Shown here: piece after piece, positions 49,791 to 63,674 of the stretch
Position numbering within the stretch: position 1 is the stretch's first letter
How the letters are laid out: each line of letters starts with the position of its first letter
Assembly: GCF_036321535.1 (NCBI RefSeq)
Contig: NC_087436.1
Location: forward strand, 87,298,001-87,362,000
Direction of reading: 5' to 3'
Source: Camelus dromedarius
Taxonomy: Eukaryota
Length of the DNA stretch: 64,000 nucleotides
The notes under the pieces: model-generated
What the model saw: the letters and a program-made list of their open reading frames with translations, nothing else
The model's database searches: none
What the model was told of the DNA's origin: nothing
Program-made: the position numbers and the translations under genes

Positions 49791-52189
49791 ATAGGAAAGA
49801 GAGGTATATAGTGTCAAGGGAACCCATAATGGGGGTCTGAACCTGGGCAGAGAAGTCAGGGAAGATTTCCCTATAAAAGTGATGATTACACTGAGAACTG
49901 AGAGATGGCGAAATGTTCACTTGGTGAAGCCAGGGAGAAACAAGAGGTAGCAACAGGCTATCATCACAACCTCATCTGGCTTATCAGAGGCTGATTTGCT
50001 AGTCTTTTGCTCTCGTCCTCCTTCCCCTCCTATTTTTCCCCATTCTCTTCCTTTTACTCTTTCTCCTCCCTGTCTCTTTTCCTCCTCCTTCTCTTTTGAT
50101 CTTTATCTATTTGAAATAAATGTTGAAGCTTTTCCTGGTTTGATGAACAAAAATTAGAACTTTTGTGCATAGGATCTTTGTAAGCAATTATAAAACTGGA
50201 ATGGAGAAGGCCTGTGCTAACCTGTGTGAGCTGACTGATTTTAGAGAGAGGTCAAGGTTTCAGGGTTTTGTTGTTATTTGGTTTATTGTTGGGGTAGAGG
50301 GCTGGAGGAAAGGCAGCAGGGTGAAAGAAAAGGAAGGATCTGGGATTAAGCAGATTATAAATCGAGCCACTTCCAGCAAAGAAACTTAATTTCGGCAGCT
50401 GAATCACTGACCCACCAAAATAACTAAATGTACTGTGTATTTTGTTTTAAGCAGGCTTGGACTATTTATATTAATGTAGAATATGAAGATGCATGGTGTT
50501 AATGTCCCAATAAGAGACAAATTTCCATGTTAGACTTTCGTCTTTTACCATAAAGAACCTTTCAGAATTCTGCAGCACAAAGGCATTTATTTCCCCAGGA
50601 ACCATATTTGTAGAGTTAGATTCACCTTGGCATGGCACCAGTGCTCGCTATAAACTGTGGAGATGCAGACTAGGATGGCAAGCCCTTTGGCTTCTTGACT
50701 CTGTAATTAAGCATCAGTCTCTCCTTGGTTTGACTGGGATACGTGACCTTTCCAAATGAAACAGAGCTCTTAACTGTATGTCTAACTTATCTTTCTTATT
50801 AGTGAAGAAACAAGCAGAAACAAGAAGGCCAAAGCAAGAGACCTCCTCTACTGGAATTGTTAAAAGCTGTTGTTTTGTAATTACTGTGACTAGCACAACA
50901 GACAAACTCTGTTGAGGTTGAGAGCCACGTTAGTTCAGTGCAGCTGAATTTCCGCAGGCTTTTCTTGCATGTCCTCAAATGAAGGTTTTTTTTTTTTTTT
51001 TTTTTTGCACAGAGCAAACAAAAGAGGTTAATAGACTATTATAACTCCAGAAGAGCTACTGTGATATATCCTGCCAATGTGAAAATTTCTTTTAGGCTAG
51101 TTTTGAAATGTAGCAGAACATCACCATACTGGGGAAAGAGTCTACTCCCCATACAAAATAATTAGAAGTACAAGAGAGTTGAAAATAAACTTGCATTTAA
51201 ATTAGGCTAGCCTAGACTAGTCTAGACTGCTGCAATTCTAACCTAGTTGGAGACCATGAGATAGATATTCATTTCTTCCTCTCCTCTTTCATGGCACACA
51301 TTACATAGTGGCTGCTCAAGAAGTGTTTCTTAAGTTGCACTGAATTGAGCTACTTTTGGGTATCCAAAAGTTCTCTTTTTTCACTATAGAAGAGAATAGG
51401 AGAATTTGTGGCCGTATTTCTCACCCAGTGACATATTCATCCTCGAAGTCCATTTTATCATGGCTGCATTAGAATAGTAGCCACAGGCCAAACAGCATTG
51501 GAATTGGTACAGGGGTTCCTGGAAAGATTTTCTCTCTCTCTATTTGATTGGTTGCAGATTTACAGACTCATGAGTGTGTTAGTGGAAGCAGGTATGAATA
51601 TATTGCCTATAAAATGTTTTTGAGCAGATTTTCCCAGCTCTCCTGTTATTGGCAAATTTTCTTTTACAAGACCACAGAAAAGTTTTAAACATCACAAAGC
51701 CATCAATATTTATAAAGATATTTTCATTATTCACCATGAAGGGCCTCACAGAATTCTATAGCACAAAGAAATTTCTCTCTCCCCAAATCTAATTTAGGAT
51801 GAAACCATTATATACTAGATTACGGTGAGAACTTGTTTGCTTTGTGGTACAAATCAACAGAAAACAGATATTTGTTAAATACTTAAAGCTTGCCAGGAAT
51901 TGTTATAAATGATTCAATGGTGATTGAATTCTTTCCCTTATGGGGCTTGATTCTAGTAAGGAAGGCAATAGAAAACAAGTAAATACATACTATAATGTTA
52001 AGTTGAGAAAAATCTTATGAAAAAATAATATGAATAAAGGATTAGAGAGTGACAGAGCTACAAGGGAAGACCTCCTTGAAGAAAGGACTTTTGCACTGAA
52101 GAGCATATGCAAAGATAATGAAAGAGCTTGGCTCATTTGAGGAATAGTCATAAGGCCAGCGTGGCTACATATTAGCCAAGAAAATGACC

Positions 52190-53665
52190 CCAATTTGGTG
52201 AAAAGCATCATTACCCAGAACCAAGAAGCTCAATAATCCCAAAGAAGACAAAAATAAAAAGAAAACCATATGTGGACACATTGTAATCAAACTGCAAAGA
52301 CAGAAAGAAAATCTTAAAAGCAGCCAGAGGAAGAGGTCATATCACATACAGGAGACCAGTAATGATAATGACAGCCAATTTCACACTGATAACTATGGAG
52401 ACAGAAGACAGTTGAATAATATCTTTAAAGTTCTAAAGGGAAAATTGTCAATTGCAAATTCTATATCTACTAAAAATAACTTTCAATAAGGAAAGTGAAA
52501 TAAATATGTTTTCCTAAATATAAAAGCTGAGAGAATTCTTTGCCAACAGACTCATGTTTACTAGAAGAAATGCTAAAGGATCTTATTCAGGTAGAAGGAA
52601 CATAAGACCAGTTGGATATTCACAAGCAATGAAGAAAACCAGATGGTTAACATGTGGGTAAATATACAAATTTTTTCTTTAATTACTTGATCTTTTTAAT
52701 TATTTTAAAAGACAATTGACTGTTTACAGCAAAACCCGAATCAAACCAAACCAAAACCAAACCAAAGCAAACCAAAACAAAAAAACCCAAACCATATTTT
52801 GGAATTAATAACAAATGTAGAAATAAAATATAACACTATAATAGCATAAAGGATAAGAGATGACAAATCAAATTTTACTCATGTAAGAGTCTTACATTAC
52901 ATATTTAGTGGCAAAATATTAATTCAAGGTATATTGTAATAAGTTAAGAATGCATATTGAAATCCCTAGAGAAACCATAGGATCAACTGAAAAAGAAAGC
53001 TAAAATGGTAGACATCAATACAACCATATAAATAATTAAATGTCAATGGTCTGAACATTCCAATTTAAGGCAGAGATTGTTAGACTCACTCTTTTAAAAC
53101 AGAAAGAAAAGTATTTTTATAAAAGATTTGCTTTGAATACAAAGACTAAGATAGTTTGAAAGTAAAAAGACATAAAAATACCATATAAACATTGATAATA
53201 AGAAAGCAGATTAAACTATATTAATATTGTACAAAGTACACTTGATGATAAGAAGTATTACTGGAGATAAAGAAGGACTTTTCATAATGATAAGAGGGCT
53301 AATTCATTAGGAAGACAAATAAATTCTAAATGTGTATGCACCTAATAACTGAACATGAAACAAAACTAGCAGGAATAAAGGAACAAAGAAACAAAGCAAC
53401 CACAACTGGAAATATTAACACCTGTTTCTCAATAATTGCCAGAAGAGGCACTACCAGTCCTTGCTAATAGTCATCAGAACAGTGATTGCTTCTTCAGGAG
53501 CAGGGGAGGGAGGTTAACTGGAAAAGAGTATGAGAGAACTGTCTGGAGTGATAAAAATGTTCTATATCTTGATGTCTTTCATGGACAGGTATAAACGTCT
53601 ATCAAATCTCCTCAAAGTTAATACTTAAACTCTATGTGTTTTACTATAGGTAAAATACCCTCAAT
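52190..53665 (+). mobile_element. Old L1M: ORF1 end, ORF2 endonuclease start and a 3' UTR piece
   Basis: Remnants HIVIKL..KENLKAAR (ORF1-like) and FIMIRGLIH*ED..LNVYAPNN (ORF2 EN); internal (CAAAC)n-like microsatellite at ~52735-52792. Confidence 0.85.
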
Positions 53666-53689
53666 ATTTTAATTGAGCATAAATTTATA

Positions 53690-54235
53690 AAATCTGGTTT
53701 CTGATATGTTTGTTTTAGACATGTTAGACATCAAAGTGAACACTGATATGTTAGTTGGGTATGTGAATCTGAAGTGCAAGTTGGTACTTACAAATCTGAG
53801 AGTCAATGCATATGTGAATGGTGTTTAAATCCACAGGACTAAATGAGATCATCTAGGTACTAAAAATAGAAAAGACATCTGAGGACCAAGTCTTAAAGAG
53901 ACATGTCAGCCCTTAGAATGTTGGACAATAATGGGAAACCAGCAAAGGACACTGAGAATAATAAACTAGTGATATACGAAGAAAATCACAAGGATGTAAA
54001 GTCAAGTGTAGGAAGTGTTTCAAAGAGGGCAGAATGATCAAGTTAAATTTTGTTGAGATATTCAGTAAGATAAGTGTTAATGACTGCCCATCAACTTTTC
54101 CAAGATGAAATTCATTGGTAACTTTAAAAGAGAAGATACATAAAAATAGAATGTAAGCCTGATTGGCGTGGGTTAAGGAGAATATTTGAGGAGACAACAA
54201 TTATAGAAAACTCTTTCCAGAAGCTTTTTCTATGT
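53690..54235 (-). mobile_element. L2 fragment
   Basis: GGTGTTTAAATCCACAGGACTAAATGAGATCATCTAGG...AAACCAGCAAAGGACACTGAGAA...GGAAGTGTTTCAAAGAGGG. Confidence 0.7.
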
Positions 54236-55292
54236 TGCTCAGATGAAATGACATAACTGCTTTTTATATTTGCATAGTGCTTGTGGGTCTTGGACACTTA
54301 TTTCGGGAAAATCTACTAGAGAATGATGATGTAGAAGAGAGATTAGGAACCATATCCTTCAGTGATTTTTAAGAAGAGTTCTAACAAAACCCATGGAGCT
54401 GCCGCTTAAGATGGGATTGGATGGATTCACAGTCAATGTGGGCATGCTAGGACCTTAGTTCCTTTTCATATTGATAGTTTTTAATGTTTAAATTTACTTA
54501 GAGAAGAAACTGAGTCCTTTTCCGTGTGTGGGAGGGTGGATGACTGATGGTCATTATCAGCTTTTTCTCTTTTGAGCCAAGCATTCCAACACTGACCCAG
54601 TGTGCCTGACTCACAGATATAAAATGCCTCCATTAAGCATGCCCTTTGTTAAAGACCTCACTTCTCTACTTCAAGTATTCCTTCTAAACATAACATAGTA
54701 GTCTCCCTTAGACAAGTTCCGATAGATTCATAATTTCTGTTACCATATAAATTCAACTCCATATCTTGTACCCAGAAGATACAAGATAGCAATGGCATAA
54801 ATGAAATAGTACTTTATTTCTCACACCCAGAAAAATCTGTGCTGATACAACAGCTTTGCTCTGCAAGATCCCTGGGAGCCTAGACTTCTTCACTCTTGTT
54901 GACACACCAACTGTGTGGTGTAGTTCTCACCCATGTGGCCCACGACAACTCATCTCATGTTCATATTCCAGCCAATGGGAATGAGGAAAGAGGAAGGAGT
55001 AGGTGTGTCCTTTAAGGGCAGGACCTAGTGTTCCACATATCGCTTTATTCTCATCCTTTTGACCAGCACTTGGCTGTACACAGTCACAAGGGTGCCTAAG
55101 ACATATAATCTTTATTCAGATTGGCCTTATGCTCAGCTAAAAAGGAATCACTGTGGGAGACAGGAAGATGACTATCTATGGATAATCAGCAGTCTCTGCT
55201 TCATCTGTTTACTTTTCCTGTGATGTTTTAGGCAATTATTTCATATATTTGACTTCTGCATAAGATACTATTTGAAGAAAGAGTTACCCAGC

Positions 55293-55809
55293 TGTGATGG
55301 TTAATGTATGTGTCAAACTGATTGAACCACAGGGTGCCCAGCACTTTGATCAAACATTCTTCTGATTGTGTCTGTGAATGTTTTTGGATGAGATTAGCAT
55401 TTGAATTGTTACACTGAGTAAAGCAGATTGCCTCCCTAATACAGGTGGGTCTCATCCAATCAGTTGAAGGCCTGAATACAACAAAAAGTTTGACCTTCTA
55501 TGAGTAAGACAGGCTTCTTCCTGTCTGACTGCCTTGAGCAGGGACATAATCTTTTATTGCATTCCAGCTTGAATTGAAACATTGGTTCTTCTTGGGTTAT
55601 GAGACTGCTGACTCTCAGTCTGGAACTTACACCATCAGCTCTCCAGGGTCTCCAGCTTACCAACTGAAGATCTTGAGACTTATCAGCCTCCATAATTACA
55701 TGAGCCAATTCTTTATAGTAAATCTCTATCTCTTTGTGTATCTCTATCTCTGTCTCTACGTATATATCTCCTATTGGTTCTATTTCTCTGGAGAATCCCA
55801 ACTAATACA
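55293..55809 (+). mobile_element. MLT2B-like ERVL solo LTR
   Basis: TGTGATGGTTAATGTATGTGTCAAACT...CTGAGTAAAGCAGATTGCCTCCCTAAT...CCTATTGGTTCTATTTCTCTGGAGAATCCCAACTAATACA. Confidence 0.92.
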
Positions 55810-56659
55810 CCACTTAAAAAAAAAAAAACCTAGGAGCCCTTGATTTAGTTCCTAAATGTAACAGATGGGAAATTGGCACCCAGAACCATTAAGTGATTCC
55901 CACAAATTAGATAGCCACAAATCCAGGACTAGATCTAGTCTTCTAACAGTCAGGCTAATTTTCTTTTCACAGACTATCTCTTTGTCTTTCAGTTCACATT
56001 AAGGTGCAAATACACAGTGTTTTTACTAAAAGGCATGTCCACGTGCTACTTCTCAAGTACAGTTGATCTTAGGCTTCGTATTATTTGAATAATCTCCATA
56101 GAAACTGTAAAATAAAAATTCACTTTTCATGTGAAGATTTTTCCTAGGCTCAAATGTTGGGAAAATGTGGGAACAAACATATTTTGCTATTTTAATGGTC
56201 AGTCTTGGAACAGAACATCCTTTAAAATCTGTCTGGTAGCTGAGTTGGTGATTGAATTCCACAAGCAAATGTCAACATCACCAGAGTAAAAACATAAGCG
56301 TTAGAGCAGAGAAACACTATAAGCACTCTGCACAAAATAGACTAGAATTTGATTTTATTTTCAAAGCTCAAAAATAAATTAAGCTCTCTGTGTGGTAATG
56401 TTTATATAAGTAACACTATGCCCCATTCTCCCTTGTGTGTGGATGGAAGGAGAAAAATAGTCTTCTTGGAAGAGACATTGGGAAGAATCATAATTTCTAT
56501 GCATACAGTAACAATTTTTTTTGTACCAAAAATTAGGTCATATCAGCAGTGACTTGACCTAGGCTTTTAGGAGAGGGTTAATGGAAACTCTAGTTTGATA
56601 ATGACTGAGGTGTTCTGGGAATTTGTGCCAATATTATACTCCTATACAAGAAAAATAGC

Positions 56660-58070
56660 TTTTTTTTGAGATATGATTCATAAAATGTAAAGTTCAAGTG
56701 TACCATTCAGTGGTTTTTAGTAATTCATAATGCTGTGTAGCCATCACCACTATCTAATTCCAGAACATCTTTATCACCCCCAAAAGAAGTCCCTTACCTA
56801 TTAGCAGTGACACCCCATTTCCTCCTCTCCCCAGTCCCTGGCAAGCACTAATCTACTTTTTCTTATATGGATTTGCCTATTCTGGACGTTTTGTAGAAAT
56901 CAAATCTTACAATATGTGACCTTCTGTGTCTGACCTCTGTCACTTAGCATAATATTTTCAAGGTTTGTCCACATTGTAGCATCTATCAGAATTTCATTGC
57001 TTTTTATGGCCAAATAATAGTTCATTATATGGATATACCACATTTTATTTATCCACTCATCTGTTGATGAACATTTGGGTTGTTTCCACTTGGGCTATTA
57101 TAAATAATGTTCTTATGATCATTAGTACAAGCTTTTGTGTGAACTTATGTTTTCAACTCCTTTTGGTACATATCAAGTAGTGTAATTGCTGGGTCATATG
57201 GTTTCTCCCACGTTTAACATTTTGAGAAACTACTAAATTGTTTTCCACAGTGGCTATGCTATTTTACATCCCCACCATCAATGTATGAGGGTTCTAATTT
57301 CTCCATATCCTCACCAACCTGTTATTATTTGTTTTTTTCTAATTGCAGCCATCCCAGTTCATGTAAAGTGGTGTCTCATGGTTTTGATTTGCATTTTCCA
57401 AATGGCTGGTGTTTTATTGCTTTCTGGTCATTTTCTATCTCCTTGTGAAGTTCAGATATTTTTCCCTTTAAAAAATTTCATTGTCCGTCTTTAAATACTG
57501 AGTTCTTTAAAGTTCTATGTTAGGTATGGGTATTGCAATGATTTTCTCCCAGTGTGTAGCTTGCTTTTTTATTTTTTAAATGTCTTTCAAAGAGGAGAAA
57601 TGTTAATTTTGATACAAGTTTAATTTATCATTTTTTTTCTGCTATGGTTTGGTTTTAAAGTCCTATTTATGAAATAATTTCCTTTTCTAAGTGTGTGAAA
57701 ACTTTCTTGCATGTTGCACATGTCGATTTTCCATACATGCTTTTTATCAGAATGAAGACATTCCTTTCTATTTCTATTTTGTTGAGAGTTTTTACTCAAG
57801 CAGTCATGTTGAAATTTGTTAAATCTTTTTCTGCATCTATTGAGATGATCATATGACTTAGCTCTTGTGTTAATGGAGTCAGTTAAATTTTATTTTTGCA
57901 ATACATGTTTATAAGGGATATTGATCTTTGGTTTTCTTATAATGCCCCTGTCAGATTTTGGTATCAGGTTCTGTCAGCCCTATAATATAGGTCAGGAGAT
58001 TCTTTTCTCCTCTGTTTTCTGAGTGTGTATAAGATTGTTATCGTTTCTACCTTAAATGTTAGAATTCATC
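56660..58070 (-). mobile_element. L1MB-type 3' end and further L1 fragments
   Basis: CCATCACCACTATCTAATTCCAGAACAT...GGATTTGCCTATTCTGGAC...ATGGATATACCACATTTTATTTATCCA. Confidence 0.9.
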
Positions 58071-58074
58071 AGTT

Positions 58075-58340
58075 TGGTAGGTTGGAATCTCTGTAAGCAA
58101 ATACCAAGACGGAATTTGAAGGTGGAGGATGTTTACTGGTGATCAGCACCTCTACTGGGAGAGGGAGGAGCACTGGGTAAAGCTAGAAGTTGAAGTTCAA
58201 CGCAGGCCCAACGAGCCTTGGCTAACCTGGCAGGCCGGGTACGCTGGCACCAGGATTGCTCTTTGGGGCTTTAGGCCAAGACCTTTCCTTGTAGGTTGCT
58301 CGAAAAGGTCATGACAGTGGGTGGAGCAGTACTCTGCAGT
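58075..58340 (-). mobile_element. LTR16-like ERVL LTR fragment
   Basis: AAGCAAATACCAAGACGGAATTTG...GGATGTTTACTGG..GATCAGCACCT resembles the recalled LTR16 antisense start. Confidence 0.5.
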
Positions 58341-60399
58341 CCATCCTGGCCTACTCAGTCAAGTCCTAAGCCACATCCCTCCACGCCCTGAGGTGGCCGC
58401 TGCCCGTCAGTGCTCTGCGCCCAGCACCTCAGTGCAGGGGCTGCTGGGCCAGTTGTGGGGCTCAACTCCTTTGCTTCCCTGCACTCCAGGATCTTAATTC
58501 TGCCTTCCTAGAATCAAAGAAATTAGTTGTTTTGTATATCTTTTTCAGTTTTATAGTTGTTTTCAACAGGAGGGCTGGTTCAAGACCAATTACTCCAACA
58601 GGCCAAGAAGAAAAAAAAAGTCTTAGTTTAGCTTTTCACAACCAGTTGCAGAGACATTTATTTCTATTCACGGCATTATCATTGTAAGATTTTTTTTCTT
58701 AGCTGACTGAAAAACTTAACAGTTTTGGAAATACAAAAGGCTGCCCGAAACCCAGGTCACAACTCAGGAGGTTTTGCTAGCAGAAGTCTCTTTTCAGGTG
58801 TTCACTCCCTCTACCATCACAATAATATCCTTTTCTATAAAAATGAAATGAATCATATACACCAGTTTTACGGCAGATTTCCTGACTGCTCAGGCAAAAC
58901 ACAAGAGCTCCATGGCAGCTTCCTTCACAGCCCAGGTCTGCTCCTGGGTCACTGCAGCAAGAACCTTCCTTCACAAAGCTGAGTGGCGTTTCCACATTTG
59001 CAAAGTGGGGTTCCGGTGGCCCACTCCTTTGACCTCTCAGGGTTCTCTGTACAGACATGTTCTGGGCAGCTGGCAAGCCAAATTTGGGGAGCTCTTAAGC
59101 TTCATGTTTTTCAAGAAAGAATAGTTGGGATAAAAATTTGATTGGCTAGAATGAAAAGCAGCAAGAGATGGTATAGAGGTGGGAGGAACTTTTGACGTAT
59201 TTTCATTTTTCTGCATTGCTAGGTATACAGTAGGCACTCATGTAGACAATAGACATTTGGCTATCGGTTGATGTGGATTTTCAATATTCAGTATAACTGG
59301 TACTTCCCCTTTATTAGCAGTCAGCTCATTTTCAGCCCTACATTTCCCTGTGGAAGAAATCATTGCTTTATTTTGGCACTTTTGAAATAATGGCAGACAT
59401 TTTGAATGCAGGAGCACTAGCAACGGAGTGGGAAAGAATTAGCAGCAAGCGAGATTTCTCGTGTGGGTGTTGAAAACTAATGAAATGCTGTATTATTCTG
59501 TGTTCTGCTCTGAAGAACTTTCGATATTCTTCTTCTTTAGTTAAACTTGACTCTATTACTTATTATCATTGCAGAAATGTGAAGAATAAAAAGTTCAGAA
59601 GCCATTTGTGTTTAAATAGAGTGCAATTAAAAAGTCCCAGGCAAGCATTATAAGCTCATAAACAAGAGAGCTAGCAAGAAGGAAAAAAATCAAAAAGCAA
59701 ACGTTGAAGGGAGTTTTAACCTGCCAGGTATGAAAGGCAATAGAAAATCAAAAAGGACAGAAAAAAAAAAAAAGAACAGTATGACCACTAATTAGCAAAT
59801 GGAAAAAGATAATTGGGGGCCCCAAAGAAGGCTGCATTATTAAAAATGCTTCTTCAGTTTTAACAAAGAAATTCTAGGCAGTGACAAGCTTTTAAACATA
59901 CAATGATGATTGGTGAAGAGAAAAGAATTGATAGCAGGATATTTTAGGGAACAAAAGAAATGAATGAATCCAAGCCACAATTTTTTTAAAAAGCTACTGG
60001 ACTGAAAAGTTTCTGCTAAAGGTAGAAGATGTCACTGTACTCTCATACCCTCCTTTGAGCTTCCACAACTGTCTTGAATCTTGCATTCTGATGCCAGGTT
60101 TGATGGTCAAACCTCTGGTAAATGTTTCTCTGGGAAACGTTTTTGCCAGTTACTGGGTCACTGCCATCAGCCATAACCACATCCTTAAAAAATACACAAG
60201 CAAACAGATCCCTTATGAAACTTCATTTTTAAGATGTATCTGACTGGGTTCATCCATAGTTTGCAATGATCTTGATTGATGTCTGATGATTACTGTTATA
60301 ATGAGCACTGAAACAAGACTGCAAAGCAGAGCCTTTTGGCAAGAACTGGTTAAAGAAACATCAACAATGCAACCGATCCTGACAAGAAACATAGTTACC

Positions 60400-60795
60400 A
60401 TTTCTTACATGCCTAGTATTGGCAAGCCCTACACACATAATAGCTGATTTAATTCTCGCAACAATCTTATGATGTTTATATAATGATCTTTATTTTACAG
60501 ATGAGGAAACTGCAGTTCAGAGAGATCCAACAACTAATGCTTAAGACCTCCTAGAGCTGATAAGTGGCAAAACTGGACTTGACCCAGCTACTTCTGACAC
60601 CAAACCACATGCATTTTTTAAAAAATTGAAGTATAGTTGATTTACAATGTTGTGTTAGTTTCTGGTGTACAATACAGCATAGTGATTCAGGTTTATATTC
60701 TTTTTCACTGTAGATTATTATAAGATATTGAATATTGTTCCCTGTGCTATAACAGTAGGACCTTGTTTATCCAAGCCACACGCTCTTAGTGACAC
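60400..60795 (-). mobile_element. MIR SINE interrupted by an L1 tail
   Basis: ATTTTACAGATGAGGAAACTG core at ~60493-60512. Confidence 0.85.
60613..60770 (-). mobile_element. Truncated L1 3' tail with 13-bp TSD
   Basis: ATTGAAGTATAGTTGATTTACAATGTTGTGTTAGTTTCTGGTGTAC...; CCAAACCACATGC (60600-60612) / CCAAGCCACACGC (60771-60783). Confidence 0.88.
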
Positions 60796-62114
60796 AATGT
60801 TCCTACTCTTTGTGAGTTCCTTTACAATTTTAAGTGCTTTCACATAAGAAATGACAGCTAGTAAAATCTGATGACACTTTTTTTTTTTTAAAAAAGCTGC
60901 TATAATAAGAGAGAAAACAAAAGAGAATAGGAGTGAATTTTAAATCAAGGGTTAGATTCTAAAGTCAGTGGGAAACGAGAAAATACCTTACAGACAAAAT
61001 TAATTTTGAGTGGCTGTGATGGATTAAATATGCTCTACCCTACCTATCTCCTTGATTGCAACCAAAAACTTTGGACAGAATACATAAAGCTATCTGAGAA
61101 CTCTGAAGAATAAATAATAGCAGGTATGTTGGGAAGAAAAATAAAATCTTGATGAATGACTGAATCTTCTAAAAAGTGAAGGAGGAAATGGCCTTCGCCA
61201 TTTTAGAAATACAGCAATTGCATCTTGATAATCTTGAGCCAAAGAAAATGTACATTTTTATATTTTCCTAGAGTCTGTATTTTTCATTAACTGAACTTTT
61301 AAATAGGCAGCTGAATTCGCATAAGACCATCCTAAGGGGGAAAATTATTGAGTCATTATACATTTAACAAAATAGAAATTCACATTGGGGAGCATGAAAT
61401 CTTTATTTTTTCTGTGTCTATGTTTTACCTGGAAAGTGTGTGGAGAATTGAATATAATTCCCTTTTACATGTCTCAGTCGAACTGAGATTTTTACGAATA
61501 GTTAAGGTTGAGAGAGGTAACAAAATGATCTAATGAGATAAAAATGCATGATGGTTAGATTGTCTATAAAATTTTTATCTTTCATTTCATGGACATGCCA
61601 TGTTTAAATCTGAATAACAGAAATTATAAAAGATTACAAATCTTAATTGATAGGTAAGCTTTAAAAGATTAAAAGCAGTCCAGATATTAGAAGAAGAAAT
61701 TAATGAAGTAATGTAGGCTATCATTTCTCTAGATTTGTATTACTGAAACTATCATCTTGGGAATTCATGCAAGTTATCTAACATGAGACAACTATATAAA
61801 ATATGACCCCTCACTGCCACAGTACATCCTGTCTCCAAGATATATATGACAGTATAACATTGAGGATATCATTCAAGGGTGTGTAATCACCATATACATA
61901 CATACTTTGACTTTATAAAAGTTTTCTAAAGCCTCTTTATTTAAAAGAACTTAATCAAAATGTTACATCTTTATTTTCTTAAACCAGACACAAATATGCA
62001 CATCTTTTTTTTCCTTGTTATTTGCACAATGGAACCTGAGTTTGATAACAGTTCAGATGCTTTGACTGAGGGAGTGGTTGGCCCACTCACAATCAGGGAG
62101 TTTGTGCAAGTAGT

Positions 62115-62375
62115 TTTTATTTTACTTAACATTTTATTATGGAAGTGTAAAAAATTTAGAAAACGTGAAGGACTCTTACAGCAATCCCTCACATAGCTAC
62201 TACGTAGGTTCTACAATTGACATTTTACTATACTGGATTTATCACATTTCCATCCATCTAGCCAATCCCCCATCCATCCATCAATCCATTCTGTTTTTTG
62301 ATGCATTTCAAAGGAGTTGCAGACATCAGTATACTTCCCCTCAAGTACTTCAGCATGCCAACATTAACTAGAGCT
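62115..62375 (-). mobile_element. L1ME-type 3' end
   Basis: CCATCCATCAATCCAT...TTTTGATGCATTTCAAAG..AGTTGCAGACATCAGTATACTTC...TACTTCAGCATG..ATTAACTAGAG. Confidence 0.75.
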
Positions 62376-63674
62376 GTGAAAATCTTTTAACATCAAAAGA
62401 ATTAAAAATCGCTTATCTGGAGAGGAAAATAAAGCCCTTGGATCTTTGAAAACAAAAAGATAAAATTATAATTTGGACACTTGGATGAATTTCAGTGTTT
62501 AATAGCTAAAGCTCAGAAAAACAGAGACAAATTGATGATACAGCTTATGATGATGGTAGAAAACAAACCTCTAAACCCTTGAACTTTCACCAGAGGGCTT
62601 CAAAAGTCATTCATCTCCCAAGAGAGGCATTTTCTGCAAAGCCCAGTTCCAATACGGCTGTGAATGAATGTCCTCTCTCTCCCTCTCTCTCTCTCTCTCC
62701 TGTTACATGCAGCCAAATCCTAACAAAGGCAGAGAAACAGAACAGAGGTTTCTACCTGCAAAGGCAGAAGGTCATTAGCTAACCTGGCTGTGGTTTCAGC
62801 ATTCTGTATAATCTACTAACCAGTCAATTAACTCCCAAGAAAGTGAGAGGCTACTATAGGCTAGTTCTAGTAATTTCTAGAAATCAAAGTGCTAAAAAAA
62901 TGTAGAGCTCTTAGCACTTGCACCACCAAAATGTTACAGAAAAGTGGCCACATGACAAGGAATTAGTTGATTTGGCCTCTCTGCATTCTAAACACATCGG
63001 GACCAGTCTGTGTTTAGGAGAGAATATTTAATAAGCTTTGAAAATGCTAAGAGACAAATCATCTTGGTGTCAGTATTGCTAATCCAATTTCTGACCTAAC
63101 TGCGTGCATAGAATTTTCTCAGTGGATTTAACATTCAATGAACTTCACAGAAATCTAATTTCCATTCCTAAACTTCTGTTCTGTAGTGAGCTGTGACCGC
63201 CTCCATTTACTGTTGAAGATAGTGCCACAGAGGTTTTCCTCTCTGATTGGTGCTTGATCATAAATGTAAGGCCTTGACTTTTCTGGCTTATATCCATGCC
63301 AGACAAGAGGGGTCTATTAGGTTCCTGACCTCTGCTTGGAACTCTTTTGGAAGCTGAAGATTCAGAGCATTGGTTCCTGGCTCCAGGAAGTAGCCTCCCA
63401 CTTCCTCCTACCTTTCTGTCTGGTCCCACTGCTATGACAAGGATTTTAGCTCCTGATGAAGACCTGGCTCAGGAAGGATGGAGGCTGGCCGCAGCCACTT
63501 GGCTCTAAGGGACCTGAGAAAGGGGACTCTTCGTCTCCAAGGTAGCTCTCAGTAAAGGGAGGCCTTGGGAGCCATGGCCAACCACTATCTCAGGAGGCAT
63601 GGGGTCTAAGGAGGAACATTGGAATTAATGGTGGAGAGAAAAGAAGGACTCATAGAAACTTTCCATCCCCTGCT

